A stretch of DNA of 56,495 nt, the filler included, from Bipalium vagum (lineage: Eukaryota), in NCBI GenBank assembly GCA_037834085.1. It is 3 parts of 3 records of this genome, joined end to end, with 100 filler letters (N's around TTAATTAATTAA, not from the genome) between each part and the next. Parts side by side here need not be neighbours in the genome. Positions count along the whole stretch, not along the records: positions 22,330 to 39,094 come from JBBMKC010095010.1; positions 39,195 to 56,495 come from JBBMKC010072237.1; 1 more part is not named here. One strand, 5' to 3'. Made by a program: the position numbers and the translations under genes. The notes beneath the pieces are model-generated. The model worked only from the letters and a program-made list of their open reading frames with translations, searched no databases and was not told the origin of the DNA. Numbering within the stretch: the stretch's first letter is position 1; the number at the start of each line of letters is the position of its first letter. Below, one piece after another: positions 38,600 through 52,143 of the stretch.

Positions 38600-38930
38600 A
38601 GATGGCAACTCTTCGAACAGCCTTAATTACGTCAGACAGTGATCCGTTATGTTTAACTTGGAAAGCCTTCTCAAGTCTGCTTTCTTCTGCTGCTTCCATT
38701 CTTTCCCTCTTTCAGGAGAACTAAATTATACAGGGACACACCCTACAACTTTGATCTTTGTTTCAAAGTCCAAATTTTTCTGAGACTGCCAAAAGGGTTG
38801 GCTTCACCAAAGTTGATAAAAGACGATTCTCCCGGTTCTTTTTCCTCAAGGAATACGCATCCACCACCATGCCCACAGCAAAGGAATCCGAGGTCTGGTT
38901 TGAATTTCTGGGCCACCAAACAGGTGTTCT
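38600..38930 (-). mobile_element. Possible non-LTR (RTE-like) RT C-terminal remnant
   Basis: GC-richer stretch translating to EIQTR and RLLSTLVKPTLLAVSEKFGL, weakly like RLYKTLVRPVLLYGSETW. Confidence 0.3.
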
Positions 38931-39094
38931 CCTTTCTCCCCCCCCCCCCCCCCACCAACTAAAATTCCAGCTTTATTTTATTTATAAATATTTCTCTCCG
39001 CCCTCAAATCGCGTTTTCACTGATTTCTTTTTTAGTCTCAAGCGGAAGAAACTCTCAGCATCTCCGGATGGTTCACAATCGTAAGACTTCTCTT

Positions 39095-39194
39095 NNNNNN
39101 NNNNNNNNNNNNNNNNNNNNNNNNNNNNNNNNNNNNNNTTAATTAATTAANNNNNNNNNNNNNNNNNNNNNNNNNNNNNNNNNNNNNNNNNNNN
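39095..39194. other. Artificial 100-bp scaffold spacer with six-frame stop linker
   Basis: 44 N + TTAATTAATTAA (39139-39150) + 44 N. Confidence 0.97.
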
Positions 39195-40069
39195 TTTTGT
39201 AAATCGCTAAAAGTTTTAACTTAAAGTAAAGTATTTAAACAACCGCAATTACTCTTTTGGAAACCTAATATAATAATAACATAATACCGATTTTCTCGTA
39301 TCGCTTTCAGCAACTGGTTTCAATTAGTCGTTACTCACAACAGTTGATGATCTTCCACGATCATCATCTACAAACAAATCATTTTGGAAATAATAAAACT
39401 AAAATCCGTCATTTCTTGTGGGACAATCCGATAAATTAAATAAACGTTTTTTTAATCGTTTTTCTCCAATGAATAGTTTTAAAATAATAATAAAATATTG
39501 ATTAAATTTATACCTTTAGCAAAAATGAGTTTGACAAAATTTTTCGAGATAAAAACAAAAATAAGGATAACACTAATTAAACTTATCTCACATTTTGTAC
39601 TTATGCTCAAAATTTTCTGACCTTTTTTACGATTTCTGATAAAATTTAAGATAAAATTTACTAAAACAAACTTTACATTAGTTGGGAGACAACATCGAAT
39701 GATTTGCATCTTTTACAAATGACTGGTTTTTTGTGAAATCACTTTTACGTTAGAAGAAATGAAAATTTAATATCGATTTCAGTTAAGAATGTCTACTGGA
39801 ATAACCTGTGCTATTTCGAGAGGATATCGATAATTATTCGTTTATTAAAAACTATTTCTTGTCAAAATATTGCCATTGGAAGGAAGTCAGATAGAGAAAT
39901 GGGATAAAAATATTGATTAAGCAAAATTATCTCCATTAATAATTATAATATAATTCTGTCGAATAACCCAAGGAAATATTATTATTGTTACTTAACGTAT
40001 TTGCCGAAGTAGGTCCATGGATTTGAACTAAACAGGGAACAGAATTCCCGAAAAGATAAATATAAGCAT

Positions 40070-40317
40070 ACCCTAAATTCTTGATTATAAGCCGAACTCA
40101 TGCATACACCGCTTCAAAAAAAACCAAAACTATAAAATTTTACGTAGATAAGTTGAACTCTCTATATGACTTGTTTGAAAACTTTAATACGAGATCTGAT
40201 GAGGAATTTGGCGCTTTTGATAAATAAAATTTTTGTTATTGTAATTCTTATAAATTACAAATTTACGGAGATAAGCCGAACTCATGCATACGCGGTTGTG
40301 TGAGTTTGCCCTAAATT
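40070..40317. repeat. 21-bp exact direct repeat pair with terminal hairpin; probable end of a non-autonomous DNA element
   Basis: ATAAGCCGAACTCATGCATAC at 40087 and 40271. The second copy folds with TGTGTGAGTTTG. CCCTAAATTC occurs at both ends. Confidence 0.55.
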
Positions 40318-43300
40318 CATCAATTTTCCAATAGATAAGTCGCAGCTTTTAAGCAAAAATTTAGTGTAATATTCAGTTTGAAATATTAAATAAAAAAATG
40401 TGAAATTTAAATATTATTTTTAAAATCAATTAATGATGAAAATTTTTCTTAAAGAGGAACATTTAACTTTGAAAATATATTACAAGAAAATATTATTAAT
40501 TATCATTTTATCAAATTTAATATTAAAACAAGAAAACTCTCAAGATGAGAAATCTAACAAGACAGAGCTTTAAAAGGCTCCTAAGTTCTAAACCAATCAT
40601 AAACAGCTCCTATCAACTAATTAAAACAAATTATTATAAAAACATGTACCTTCATTTATTTATTTTTATTTCAATACGCAATCTTGATAAAAACTGAACA
40701 TAAATCAAAATTTGATTGGTAAACAGACCTGTTCATCATCAATAGTGACGTTATATGAAATTGACGTTAACATTTTTATACAATTATTTTTTGTTTGAGG
40801 TAATTTTTAATGAGACCAAATCAATTTAAAAGGAAAATTTCCGATGGTGACCGCTTAGTTTTGAAGAGGTTGATCTCTCTAAGAATTAATCAAGAGGTTT
40901 CAATGATTTATTAATTTTTTATCATAAAAAAATTGATTTTCTTAATTTTCGGATTTTTAAACTTTTTCCGATATTTTCTTTTTTATTAGATTTCAAATTC
41001 TCACGTGGTCCAACCTTCTAAGAAAAACCGCAAAAATATAAAAAAAAACATTTCTTCACAAACTGAAATCCGTTTCTTTGGATGTTTTTAATGATAAAAT
41101 ACATCATAACAATGAAAATTCGGTATCTACACTTCGATCAATATCGATTCTAAATAATGCAAAAGTTGCATTAAAAATTAATGAGTTTTTTTAATTAATT
41201 CACTGTCATATGTTTATTAAATAATTTAAGCAAGCGAACATCTTGTTCAGCGTAAGTACCATTTTTAAGTTAATTTATTCTTGAATTGTGTACCCCAAAA
41301 TTTTTGGAAATCTTTGATCTTCATTGACAAAATGAATTCGATTTTTTCTTAATGCTTTCCAGATCTCAATTCTCTGAAAACAATTCACTAAATACGCATT
41401 TTAAGGGGCTACATTATTTTTTGTTTTAATACATTATTAATATCACTAATACAAATGGCGGTTTATTATACATAACAAACTTCTATTTACATTTTATGAT
41501 AAGAGAAAATTTTAATTTTTCATTATTTCCTGAAGTTTGCAACTCCGAGGCTTGCCTGGATTATCAATCAAGAAATTATCTATCAAGAAATTCGGTCAAC
41601 TGTGTCGTTTGGTCAAGCACAATAGAAGTATAGACGGTCAGAGATGTCAATGTACTTAACGTACTAGGAAAACAGTCAAAGATGGATTATTATTTTCGCA
41701 AAGCCATCTGACATTAAAAGAAATTATACTTTTTGCATATTATTGATTCTAAAATATGTCTCGGAACACGATGAATCACGCGATTTAGGTTACATCACAA
41801 CATACAATTGTGGACTTGGGTATGTTTATGACAGAATAATGTGAGTTGTGGATGAACAAGAATAGAAAAGAAATTGGAATACCTCTGATAGTTGAGATAG
41901 GAAATACTTTCTTAGGAAATATTACCGAGGTTACTAGAGTGAAGGCCATTAGATGTTTTGTAGCATTGAAAGACTCTCAGTTACATGTTTTCTTATTGAC
42001 ACATTAATCATCAAACACATTTTCCTTTGGTTTCGTGTAATTTCCGTTGGTAATGCTGACGGCAATGTTTAAAGCATAAATAATTATTTATATTAATCAT
42101 TCGGTTATTCTGCACAACATTTATTTCGTCAATCCTATTAATGAGGACATCAATACTCAGAATGTTGAAAAGATATGGATGAGAGCAAAGAGGAATTTAC
42201 GAAAGCAGTTCGAGACATTAAGAAGTTTATTTCTTTCCTATTTACACGAATTTGTATTTGGGAATAAAATCAAGAAACAATACACTTTTCTTGTCATGCA
42301 TCGAAAAATTATTGATTATCACCCATTACGATAATAATAAGTTTTATTTATCTATTTTTTCTTGATTTAAAACAAAAAACAATTGAACCCCTTTCAAGAA
42401 AATGGAGAAAAGTTTGAAACATTGCATCATCCTAACAATATCCTACCTACATGGTTGATACAGAGGAAACCTGAGAATATTTTCGATACTGTCATGAGAT
42501 ATTTCGGAATGCAGAGTAAATGACAAAAGAATTAGAGAGACTGTTAATATTTTAGAGACTGCACCAATATATTTTTCTCATAATGCTCCAAGACAGCAAT
42601 TTTAACTACAAAAGTATCCGAGTGAGTTCGTAATAGTTACGTTTTGGTTTCTCTGGGTAAATTATTGAATATTTCTAAAATCGAAGACTGTTGAAAAAAT
42701 CTGGTTAGAAAATATTGATTCAAGAAATGGTTGATTTCCAATTACAAGGAAAATTAGTATTTTTGAATGACATGAATTTATAAATTTGGTAATTACAGAC
42801 GAACATAGTAATTATAGTTTTATTAATGCGCGATGTGATTCTTCAAAATTTCACATAAAACCTATGGCAAACAAGTCAGTTGTCTATCAATGTATAAGAG
42901 AGTTTTCATCTTCCATATAGGTACGACTGGTTTCGTTAATATTAGTTAATTTACCATTTTCTGTTTCGGGAAACAGGCTGCTCCTACCTTTCTGGTTCAG
43001 GTCATTAGAAAAGGAAATATATTTAGTACATAATTTACACAAAATATTAAAACAGATAGGCCTATTATTTTGAAGACCTTTTATTTTTTGTTTAAAAAAT
43101 CAAAACAGATAATTGTTAGCTGTGCTGTAGAGAGAGATATTTGTATTTCCTAGCAATTCCTCCTGTAAACCGATGAATTGTTAATCGAACAAGAGTAATC
43201 ATTTTTCTCAGTCTATTATAAAGATATTTGAGGATATCCAGCTCCATAAAACATATCTATTGATTTTCAAGAGGCTCAAGCTATATTAGGATTATGTTAT

Positions 43301-46300
43301 TAAATTTATCGACTCAAAGATAAAATTATACAAATCAGAAATACTGTCTTTACCTTATCAATAAAAAAAAAATAATAATAATAATATAAACTTATTCTTC
43401 TGAATTTCAACGTTCACATAAAAAGTAATGTAATATATTTCTTCTAGTTTACCTGTGCTACTGGTCGCCTTTTATGTGATATCAGACCTCAACTGTTATT
43501 CTACAAACTTACGGATATTTAGATTCCGTTAATACCAAGACTCTTAAAGCCCAAGACACTGAATATTATCGAAACAAAATTCCAGATCGAAAACGTGATT
43601 ATATATTTATTGATTTCAAAAAAATTTCGGAAAGGAAAATCAAAATAATAAAGACTTTCAAAAGACTCTTCACTAATCATTTACTTTAGTAATTTTTCTC
43701 TATCTTTGGTTACGTTTGAACTGATATTTTGTGTTCAATGATGCGGCCTATGAACTCAATATTTTTCTGTTTATTTACTATTGATTATCTATCAGCTGCT
43801 CAGATGATATATATCTTGTCAATTCTCTGACTAATCTTTAGATAATACATATCAGATTTTCTTGCTTTATTATGCATCATACTTGTGTAAATGTACTCAG
43901 CTTTTTATGAGAAATGATATATTATTTCTTGTTTCATCACCAATCGGGTTTGAGATAAATTCCGAGCAAATCAATAAATTATTCTTGATTCCTCTTTGTA
44001 AAGGAGCGTTTTTCTCCTATTCGTTTTTTCTTCTATTTCCTCCTATCAGAAAAAAATCATTGATAAAAAGAGATGGCTTTTTCCAAATAATTATTTATAT
44101 TAAAAAATGTAATTTAAATATTTTTTGTTTTAATAGACCGACTATGGTAATGAAAATGTTCAGAGAAAAATAATATTTTTTCCATAAAACAATTATTTTA
44201 AGAGTGAAATTGCGTATATTTAATTTATTTCATGTTAGAAACAGATTTCCAAGACCCAGATCAGATAACCATTCTGAATTTTAACAAGAACTTCTTTTAT
44301 TTCATTTCTTTCTTTTTTCCTTAAGCACCAAATCTTGCATTAATTAATTTCAATGTGCCTTTTCTAATTACACTGAAATGGGGTGAACAAAAATTTTTGT
44401 TGTATTACGTTATGACATGAATTACTAATTTTTATCTTTAAAAAAAGTTATTAAGGTCGCCAGATTTCCTGTTACAGTTTTCCTGACTTTTCACACTCCC
44501 ATTATATTCTCATTATCACAACAATAAATGAAAATTTAATTTTAGGATAGAATAGTGATGGTTCCCTAAATGTTCTATATATTCTAGGGAATTTTTGACT
44601 TGACATTATGAAAATTGAACTGCCAGCCTCGATAAAGCCCAATGAAAATTAAATAATTATGAAAATAGTAGTACATATAATAGAAATAACCACAAGGTAT
44701 TAACAAGTATTGATTGTTGACATCTATTGGTTCATAATCAAGGCAAGACATTTTAAAATAATTTATATCAATAATTTTAATTTTCAAACAAATGTTACCA
44801 AACTATGGGACTTTAATATATCATTAATGCTCTTAAATTTTACCACTATTAATTTATAAGATTTTCAAAACACTACATTTTATAATACAATTAAAACAAT
44901 AAACAATTTTAAAATACGTAATATTTAATAAATACTTTATATAATATTTAAAACTTCTAATTAAGTATTTGTATCTTGTTATTATTTTTTAAAAATTCTG
45001 ATGTTAATAAACCAAAAAATGATAAATATAAATAAGATTTTAAAATTAAAAACTCCCATGGTCCGCCTAACCTCCTTATATTGGTAATCTGATTGATCTG
45101 TGTAAGCCTCTTGAATTTAAGAGAAAATATATTAATTATAATGACAAATTGCTTTAAAAAATTCCTGTATAACTACAGAGTAGAACTGACTTCTCTTAGA
45201 GAATCTTCATTTAAATCGAGATAGTTTTATTTATCGAGTGGTTCCGAACAAATAATGTAATAGATGGCAGATTGTTAACCTGGATATATAAATTTGTCAT
45301 AAAGGTTGTTTATACTCATTTTCCAGTTAATAACATAAAATGTTGTGACATCAGTATCAATCTTAGAAAAACTGGTGCCAACAATGCTTTTTAACCCTTC
45401 GGGGAATATCTACACTTGTCGACTATAAAAAACGGTACATATCCTTACAACAACAAGAGTATTTTTCTAACCAGATAAACTTTATAAAGGTTAATGTAAT
45501 GATTTAAAACCCCATTCTGAGTCCTTCGAGGTATTTATTTTTCTAAATCTTAAATTACAAATTTAAAAAAGTTTCTGGTTTGAAAGAGCAACCTTTTTGG
45601 CAATATAGCCAGAGTCAATGAAGCTTTCTAAGATTTACTTGGTGATTCTCAACATTCTATTCATTGGTATTAATTGATTATAAAAATGAATGCAAGCCGA
45701 ACCCATTAATAAATCAATATGAATATTTACAGCACAATCTGTAAGTAATTATCATAAAAAGCGTTATAAGAGAATAAGGACCTGTTTATATTTAATTTAT
45801 GAAAATATGTTTTTTCCAGGACATTGCAAAAACGTTGATTGATTTAATAAAATCGATAAAGGTGACATTGATAATTAATATGAAAAATAATAACTAAATT
45901 TTCATAAAATTCCGAAAAATAATTATTATGTTCTCTGAAAGATAAATAAATCTGAGATTTTTAAAAAAATTCAATGTTCAATAGTCAAAGTGAAATTTCA
46001 TTTGAAAAGAACTCGTGTTTATGTTTTAATTATCTTAGTGAAGTTTGAAATATTTAGTTAATCCCTTGTAATCTTAATCTTTTTATCATTAAAACAAAAT
46101 TAACTTACTATTTAATTTTGTCATGAAAAATTTTTAAATAAATTTTTCCTTTTTAATTAATGTCAATTTTAATTTGTTTAAATTAATAAATTTAATTCAA
46201 ATTGAATTAAACAAATTCCACATTTAAGTTGTTTTGTGATTCAATTAAAATCATTAATTCCAAAATAAACCATTGACATTTGTACAAATAGTGAAAAGTA

Positions 46301-47139
46301 ATAAAATCTTTAACTTGTATTGAAATAATAAATGTGATTAAAATTGTGTTTACGTTAGATAATAAATATTGATTTTTAATTATCATTCCATTCGTCTAAA
46401 TAAAATTTAAGTCATTACCACCAGATGAGACCAAAAAACATATAATTCACTATTTTAATGATTTTTTAGAACTTTTATTATTGTTTCTCCAACAAAAAAT
46501 TCGTAAACAATCTTAGCAACATTACATATTGACAAGACCGCGATAATATGAATAATTATTTGTCTATTATTATTAATAATTATTTTTTCTAATATTTTAA
46601 CGAAATTAATAATAATAACTATTTTTTATCTTTCCCTCCTACAATAAAAATTTAAAATTTTCTTCTGGTAAATTATTTAATAATATATTCATTTTTATCC
46701 AATGTAAAATCCCCAAATTCAGTAGCTTTTATAAATAACCACTTTTTACAAAATACTTATGTTTGACATTTAGGAAGTAGTAATTTTTTGTTTCTAACAC
46801 AATATTATTGATTAAATAAATATAGTTATAAATATTTTAATAATTTAAAATCGAAAACAGTTTTCGTTACATCGCATTTGACAACATTACTGAATCTAAT
46901 TATTCTCGAATTTTGTTTTAATCATTACCACTTAACCTGAAAAACTTAAATTGTCTGCATTTTCTTATTATTCTACATTTGATAAGATAAATATATTTTT
47001 TACCTTAATTAGTAATTTTCCGTTCAATAATTTTGATTTATGTCGACAGTGATAATAGAAAAGACATTTACGGAACATGAATAACAAATATTTTTTATTT
47101 GCAATTTTAATTAAAACAAAAAATATAATAAATTCATAC

Positions 47140-47195
47140 AATTTTTCCACTATCAATTTGATGATCTCACAAGGCAATTCCACCAATATTATCAC
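47140..47195 (-). CDS. Possible F-box motif exon
   Basis: LVELPCEIIKLIVEKL fits the F-box start LxxLPxEIxxxIxxxL and is followed by a GTATGA donor; no clear start codon or partner exons. Confidence 0.35.
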
Positions 47196-48083
47196 TTTTG
47201 CATATCAGTCTAACCTTTGGTATCATTAATAATATATAAATGAACACAGGAAAAAATTTTCTTTAAGCTCAGTATGTTTAGAATTAGCAGCCTATTCGCA
47301 AAAATGACATTATTTTTAAATATTTTTAATAATCAATATAATTCCTTCAAAATGTTAATTGTTTGTTTTAATCGTTCAAGAGAAAGAATAACAGGTATAA
47401 TACATTTTGAGTTGTAACATAAAATTCGAAGTTGAGTTTCCAGAAAAAAGAACATGAATCTGTTATGTCAACCAATTTTAATTTTTCATCAAATAGGAGC
47501 TTCCTTTGAGAGTACTATTTCCCAATTATTTCCTAAGTACCAAACTCGTAATGGTATTTATTAATGAACTCTTTACTCTCCGTAAATCTGGTAAACATAT
47601 TTATGGATATATATATATATGTAACGAAATAATAAAAAAAATTATTTTCTTTTGCACTGTAAAGCAAGGCTTGATAGAATTTCATGTTAGACTTGTTAGC
47701 TCAAATAATTCTATGAAAATCTGACAGATGCAGACATTAACTCATTATCGAATGAAATTGACTGCAGTGGAGATCATTGGATTTATCTAAATTGATCCAT
47801 CGTAGATGAAAAAAGCAGCTGTGTGAACACACCATTAATCATCTTCGGCATGGCAATGCAACACCAATCACCGTCTGACTGAGATAATAGTCGATCAAAT
47901 TAACGCATGAGTCACAGCAGATTCTTGAAGATTCAGAATTTTGGTTCATAAAAGTACAACATTCATACACCCACATAACCAGTGAAAAAGTAGTACGAAA
48001 CTTGGGTTATTTTAAGTCTTGCGTAACTGATCATCATCATATGTTAATTACATTTGGAATGAGCAGAAAGGTCTGAAGAGTTA

Positions 48084-48213
48084 NNNNNNNNNNNNNNNNN
48101 NNNNNNNNNNNNNNNNNNNNNNNNNNNNNNNNNNNNNNNNNNNNNNNNNNNNNNNNNNNNNNNNNNNNNNNNNNNNNNNNNNNNNNNNNNNNNNNNNNNN
48201 NNNNNNNNNNNNN
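48084..48213. other. Assembly gap (N run), followed by ATT-rich low-complexity sequence
   Basis: Run of N. Confidence 1.
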
Positions 48214-50193
48214 TATTACTATTACTAATTATTATTAATATTATTTTTTATTATTACTATTATTTATTATTAATATTATTTATTATTATTACTATTTTTT
48301 TATTATTATTAGCTTGTCAATTATTCAAAAAATGTACAAAATCTCATTTTGTAAATAATATAATTATCTTTTTGAATCTAATCTGGCAAAAAATAATCCA
48401 TAATTAATCATTTTTGAAACAATTCCTCAGAAAATTATATTTACGGACACAAACGAACTGGCAAGCCATCCAAAGTAAATTAAAAGTAAGAGTTATAATA
48501 GAAATATAAATTTAATTACTGTTTGTTTGGTGGTCTTGGTAAACTATAAACTACATCGATTCTCTCTAGTAGAAAGATAATAATTGATTTTATTAATGGT
48601 AAACCGTTTTTAAAGTAAATATATTTTTTCCGGAATGCTTAGCAATCCAATGTTTGGAAATCGAACCAATTAATGATACAAAATAAAGTGTTTAGAATTT
48701 CTCGTACAATAACCGTTACAGAATGTATGTTTACATTCTGCTTAGAGCATGTTAAAACAATATTGAATTTTTATTGAAAAACCCCTTACTTTTCAATTAA
48801 GTAAATAGCTAATTCAATTACTTTGTAACAAGTAAAAGGCAGTCTAAAACGACTTTATAATTATGTAGTAAGCCAAACGAGTGGGATTGGAAAACCGGAA
48901 AATAAATAAGAATTAATTTTACCGACGAAAATCCTGTTTAAAACAAGATTATTGATAGTTCACATTACTCTCAACTATTCTATTAAGGTGACAGAACAAT
49001 TGAAATAGGAGAACAGTTTTTGGAAAGAAAATATATTTGTTGCAATTAATGAAAATGTGATTATTCGTTAATTAGTTCAATGCATTGACAAAGTGTAATC
49101 AAAACGCTGCCATAACTCAATGGTGTTACATATCTTTTTGACATGATCACCAAAGAAAATCTCATTAGTTGAGAACAATAAAACTGTTGATTTATGAAAA
49201 AATCTCTAACGAAATATATATATGGATTTATATGTGGGATTTTTCGATAATCTGTGAATAGGCTAAAAAACATGAAATTAATATTGAACCGGTACGGTTG
49301 ATTTGTGACCTTGACAGAAATAGACAAACAAGATGATGAGACGTTAACAAAAATGAAAATAGATCCTGAAAATCAGGGCACCAAGGGAAGTTCAAAGACA
49401 GTGAGGTTCGACTTTCAAATTTAGAAACTTCAGAAATATGGTGGACACAATCAATATAAAATTATTAGGATAAAGAAAAAATCTCTTAGAAATTTTTTTT
49501 GTCAAATAGGCCTTATTTTCTGTGTGTTCGCTAACACAATAATTAAATAAAAATGCAGAGGGACACATATAAAAATGAGCAATTATTTCTTCTTAAAAAA
49601 TAATATTAATTGATTTTAACCTTTGTTTTAAATAAAATTGATATTCTATAAAAATGTTTTGTTCATTTATCATCGATTCTGAAAGTTAGGATTTGATGTG
49701 ATTTATTGTGGAGTGTAAGAAGAAAGGTGTAAATAAATAATATATCGAAAGACTTAACAAGAAAAACTATGAACAATAATACTGAATACATGATCGATTT
49801 CTTTGTTATGTTACAAAAAAAGTATATTGAAGACAAATACTTTTAATATTTTTATAATCGATTATGTGTTTGTGTTTTAAGATAAAAAACAATGACTTTC
49901 CTTTCAAGTAGCTTGTGGAAAGGTTTAAAACTTCAATACATTTTAAATGAAACCCTAAAGGAAAGTTCTCTTAGTTACTAAACTAAATTTTGCTTCGTTT
50001 CATAAAAAAGAAATCAAATGTCGGCTTAGATTTATGAAAATAGTACAGTATCCAGATATCTTTATGATATAAGGAATACCCGATTCTGTCATATGATATT
50101 TAGGTACAAAGACTAATCCCTTGAATTTTATGATCTCTAAAAGTCACTTTTAATCTTTATCTAAAATCGATACCAAAGGAAACAAAGATTTAC

Positions 50194-50551
50194 TTCTTCG
50201 CCTTTCAAATTTCGTCTTCCATTTTCATACGTTTTACCGAACTTGTTGCGACTGTGAATCGATGTATTGCTGGACATTGGAGAGTTGGTTCTCGAAGGAG
50301 GCGAAACATCGATTTCTTCTATTTCCGATTTGTCTTTCAATGAATGTTTCACTTCTCGACTGGAATTGGATTTGTTGCACTACAATGTCATTTCACAATC
50401 TTTAGACAATTTAAACCAGTCTTACTTTGCCAGTTGTGAAATGATTGTCTCTGATACTTTTCAATGCTTCTTCCAGAGATTTGATACTATCTGGCGGCAG
50501 AGACAGAACCCACTTTCTCAGCTCATCTTCAGTTTGACCTTTGTCTGACAT
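50194..50551 (-). CDS. Two exons (50551-50426, 50379-50194) of an uncharacterised host protein
   Basis: MSDKGQTEDELRKWVLSLPPDSIKSLEEALKSIRDNHFTTGK | 46-nt GTAAGA..TGTAG phase-0 intron | CNKSNSSREVKHSLKDKSEIEEIDVSPPSRTNSPMSS...GEE | GTAAAT. Exons are exactly 42 and 62 codons. Confidence 0.7.
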
Positions 50552-50728
50552 CGGTTTTATAATTCCAATGGCATGAAAAACAATAACAATAAGGATAACA
50601 AGGAAAGCAAAACAATTCTGTTCTAAATTCAATTATGCAGCTGATTCATATACTTTGTACAGTTAGACAATAATCATTGTTCCCATATCTATAAAAGGTA
50701 ATCGATAATACAACAGCTGTTTAATGGT

Positions 50729-50860
50729 AACGTCACACTGGTCGTATATACAGTGACGTCATCAGAGAGAGAAAAATCGTGTGTGCGCTATGGTGATTAG
50801 CATGAGTGTCGGTGTGCTTTGGCATGATATTAATAATTATGTTGAATGTGATTGGCTGGA
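50729..50860 (-). promoter_or_regulatory. Putative promoter of the 50551 gene: full CRE, half-CRE, TATA-like and CCAAT motifs
   Basis: TGACGTCA at 50754-50761, CGTCA at 50731, GTATATAC at 50744, and ATTGG (CCAAT on minus) at ~50851, about 200-300 bp upstream of the ATG. Confidence 0.4.
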
Positions 50861-51599
50861 ATCATTTTGCCAAGAGTAGCGAAATTATGGCATATCATCC
50901 AAGTATATTTAAATAGGTAGACCAGAATTGTATTGATTATTTTATAATGATTCATAGCACGTTCGACATTGTTTCTTTTTTCTGTGTCTCAGACAACATG
51001 ATGGCTATTTTAGTTTCGTTTTGTTCTTTTTAATATGCAAGAAAAAAATGTGAAAAATTGTAATTTTTTCTACTTTTGTAGCTCAGCTAGCATAATTGAT
51101 GTTTTCGAACAAAATTATTTCAGAAATGAGTGATTAATCAGTTTTTTCTAGTATTGTTAAAATAGTTACTCAAGTCGATGATGGGACTTTGCAGAAAATA
51201 CGCTTTGCCTCTAGAAAATCGCGTTTCTGATTAATAAAACAAAGAAATATTTTTATTAAAATTACATTACGAAAACACCTTTGAATTTTTCAGTGAACAA
51301 TTTAAATGGTTTTACAGGTTTTATACGTGTTGCTGTCATGGGTTTCCGCGCAGCCTACATAATTTATTTTTTAATATAATATTTAAAAATTGGCTTTATT
51401 TTTTTCTAATTAAATATATAAATAAGTTTCTGAGCTCTCGACTTTCAGGAAAGTGTTTAAGAACACATTTTGAAGGTGCTATCAAGTCAACATTTTAGTT
51501 ATCCTTTTATTATTTAGTTTGATTGTTTTTCTAAATAATGTCAATTGATTTTTTCCAGCTAAGAAGAACCACTAACAATAGTTTTATTAAAAAGTTTTA

Positions 51600-51850
51600 T
51601 GTTCTGTTGTCAAGAAAGTGTAGTTTTAAGAGCAGAATCATCAATTAACCTCATTTTGAATATTGATGATCCATACACAACTTTACCAACAGTCTGTATT
51701 GACGAAATATGTGGAATACCAGAATACATGTAGTTTCATCCTTAAACTTTCTTGGCCAATATTTAACAGTGTTAATTGATAGGACATTATTTTGATATAT
51801 ACGGAGTTTGTGCTACGGAATTATGTATTTTTTATCATGGCAACGCAACG
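51600..51850 (-). mobile_element. mariner N-terminal remnant
   Basis: NVLSINTVKYWPRKFKD resembles the mariner HTH segment (TVxxWxxxFKxG). Confidence 0.4.
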
Positions 51851-52143
51851 TTTAAAATAACTATTGTAAAAATTCAAATCTACTGTGAAAAATAACCAAC
51901 AGATAATGTGTGACACAAAATAAGACATTCAATAGTTCTTTAGATTTAAGAATAAATTTATTGTTCGTAATATTGTTAAAATAACCGTATGAAAGATACG
52001 AATACCGTTGGTTGGAATAAAATTAATATGTATTGAGGAAGCATTAACTTAAGATTTTATAAAAAACTTAATATTTTTGGAGAAAGACACATTAAAATCA
52101 ATCAGTATTTTTCATAGTTAAAAATGACTTTCTCCCATAAATC

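Noticed and set aside
40190-40230. CTGATGAG hammerhead-like word
   Set aside because: No stem II followed by GAAA. The same applies to CTGATGA at ~6342 and ~21450.
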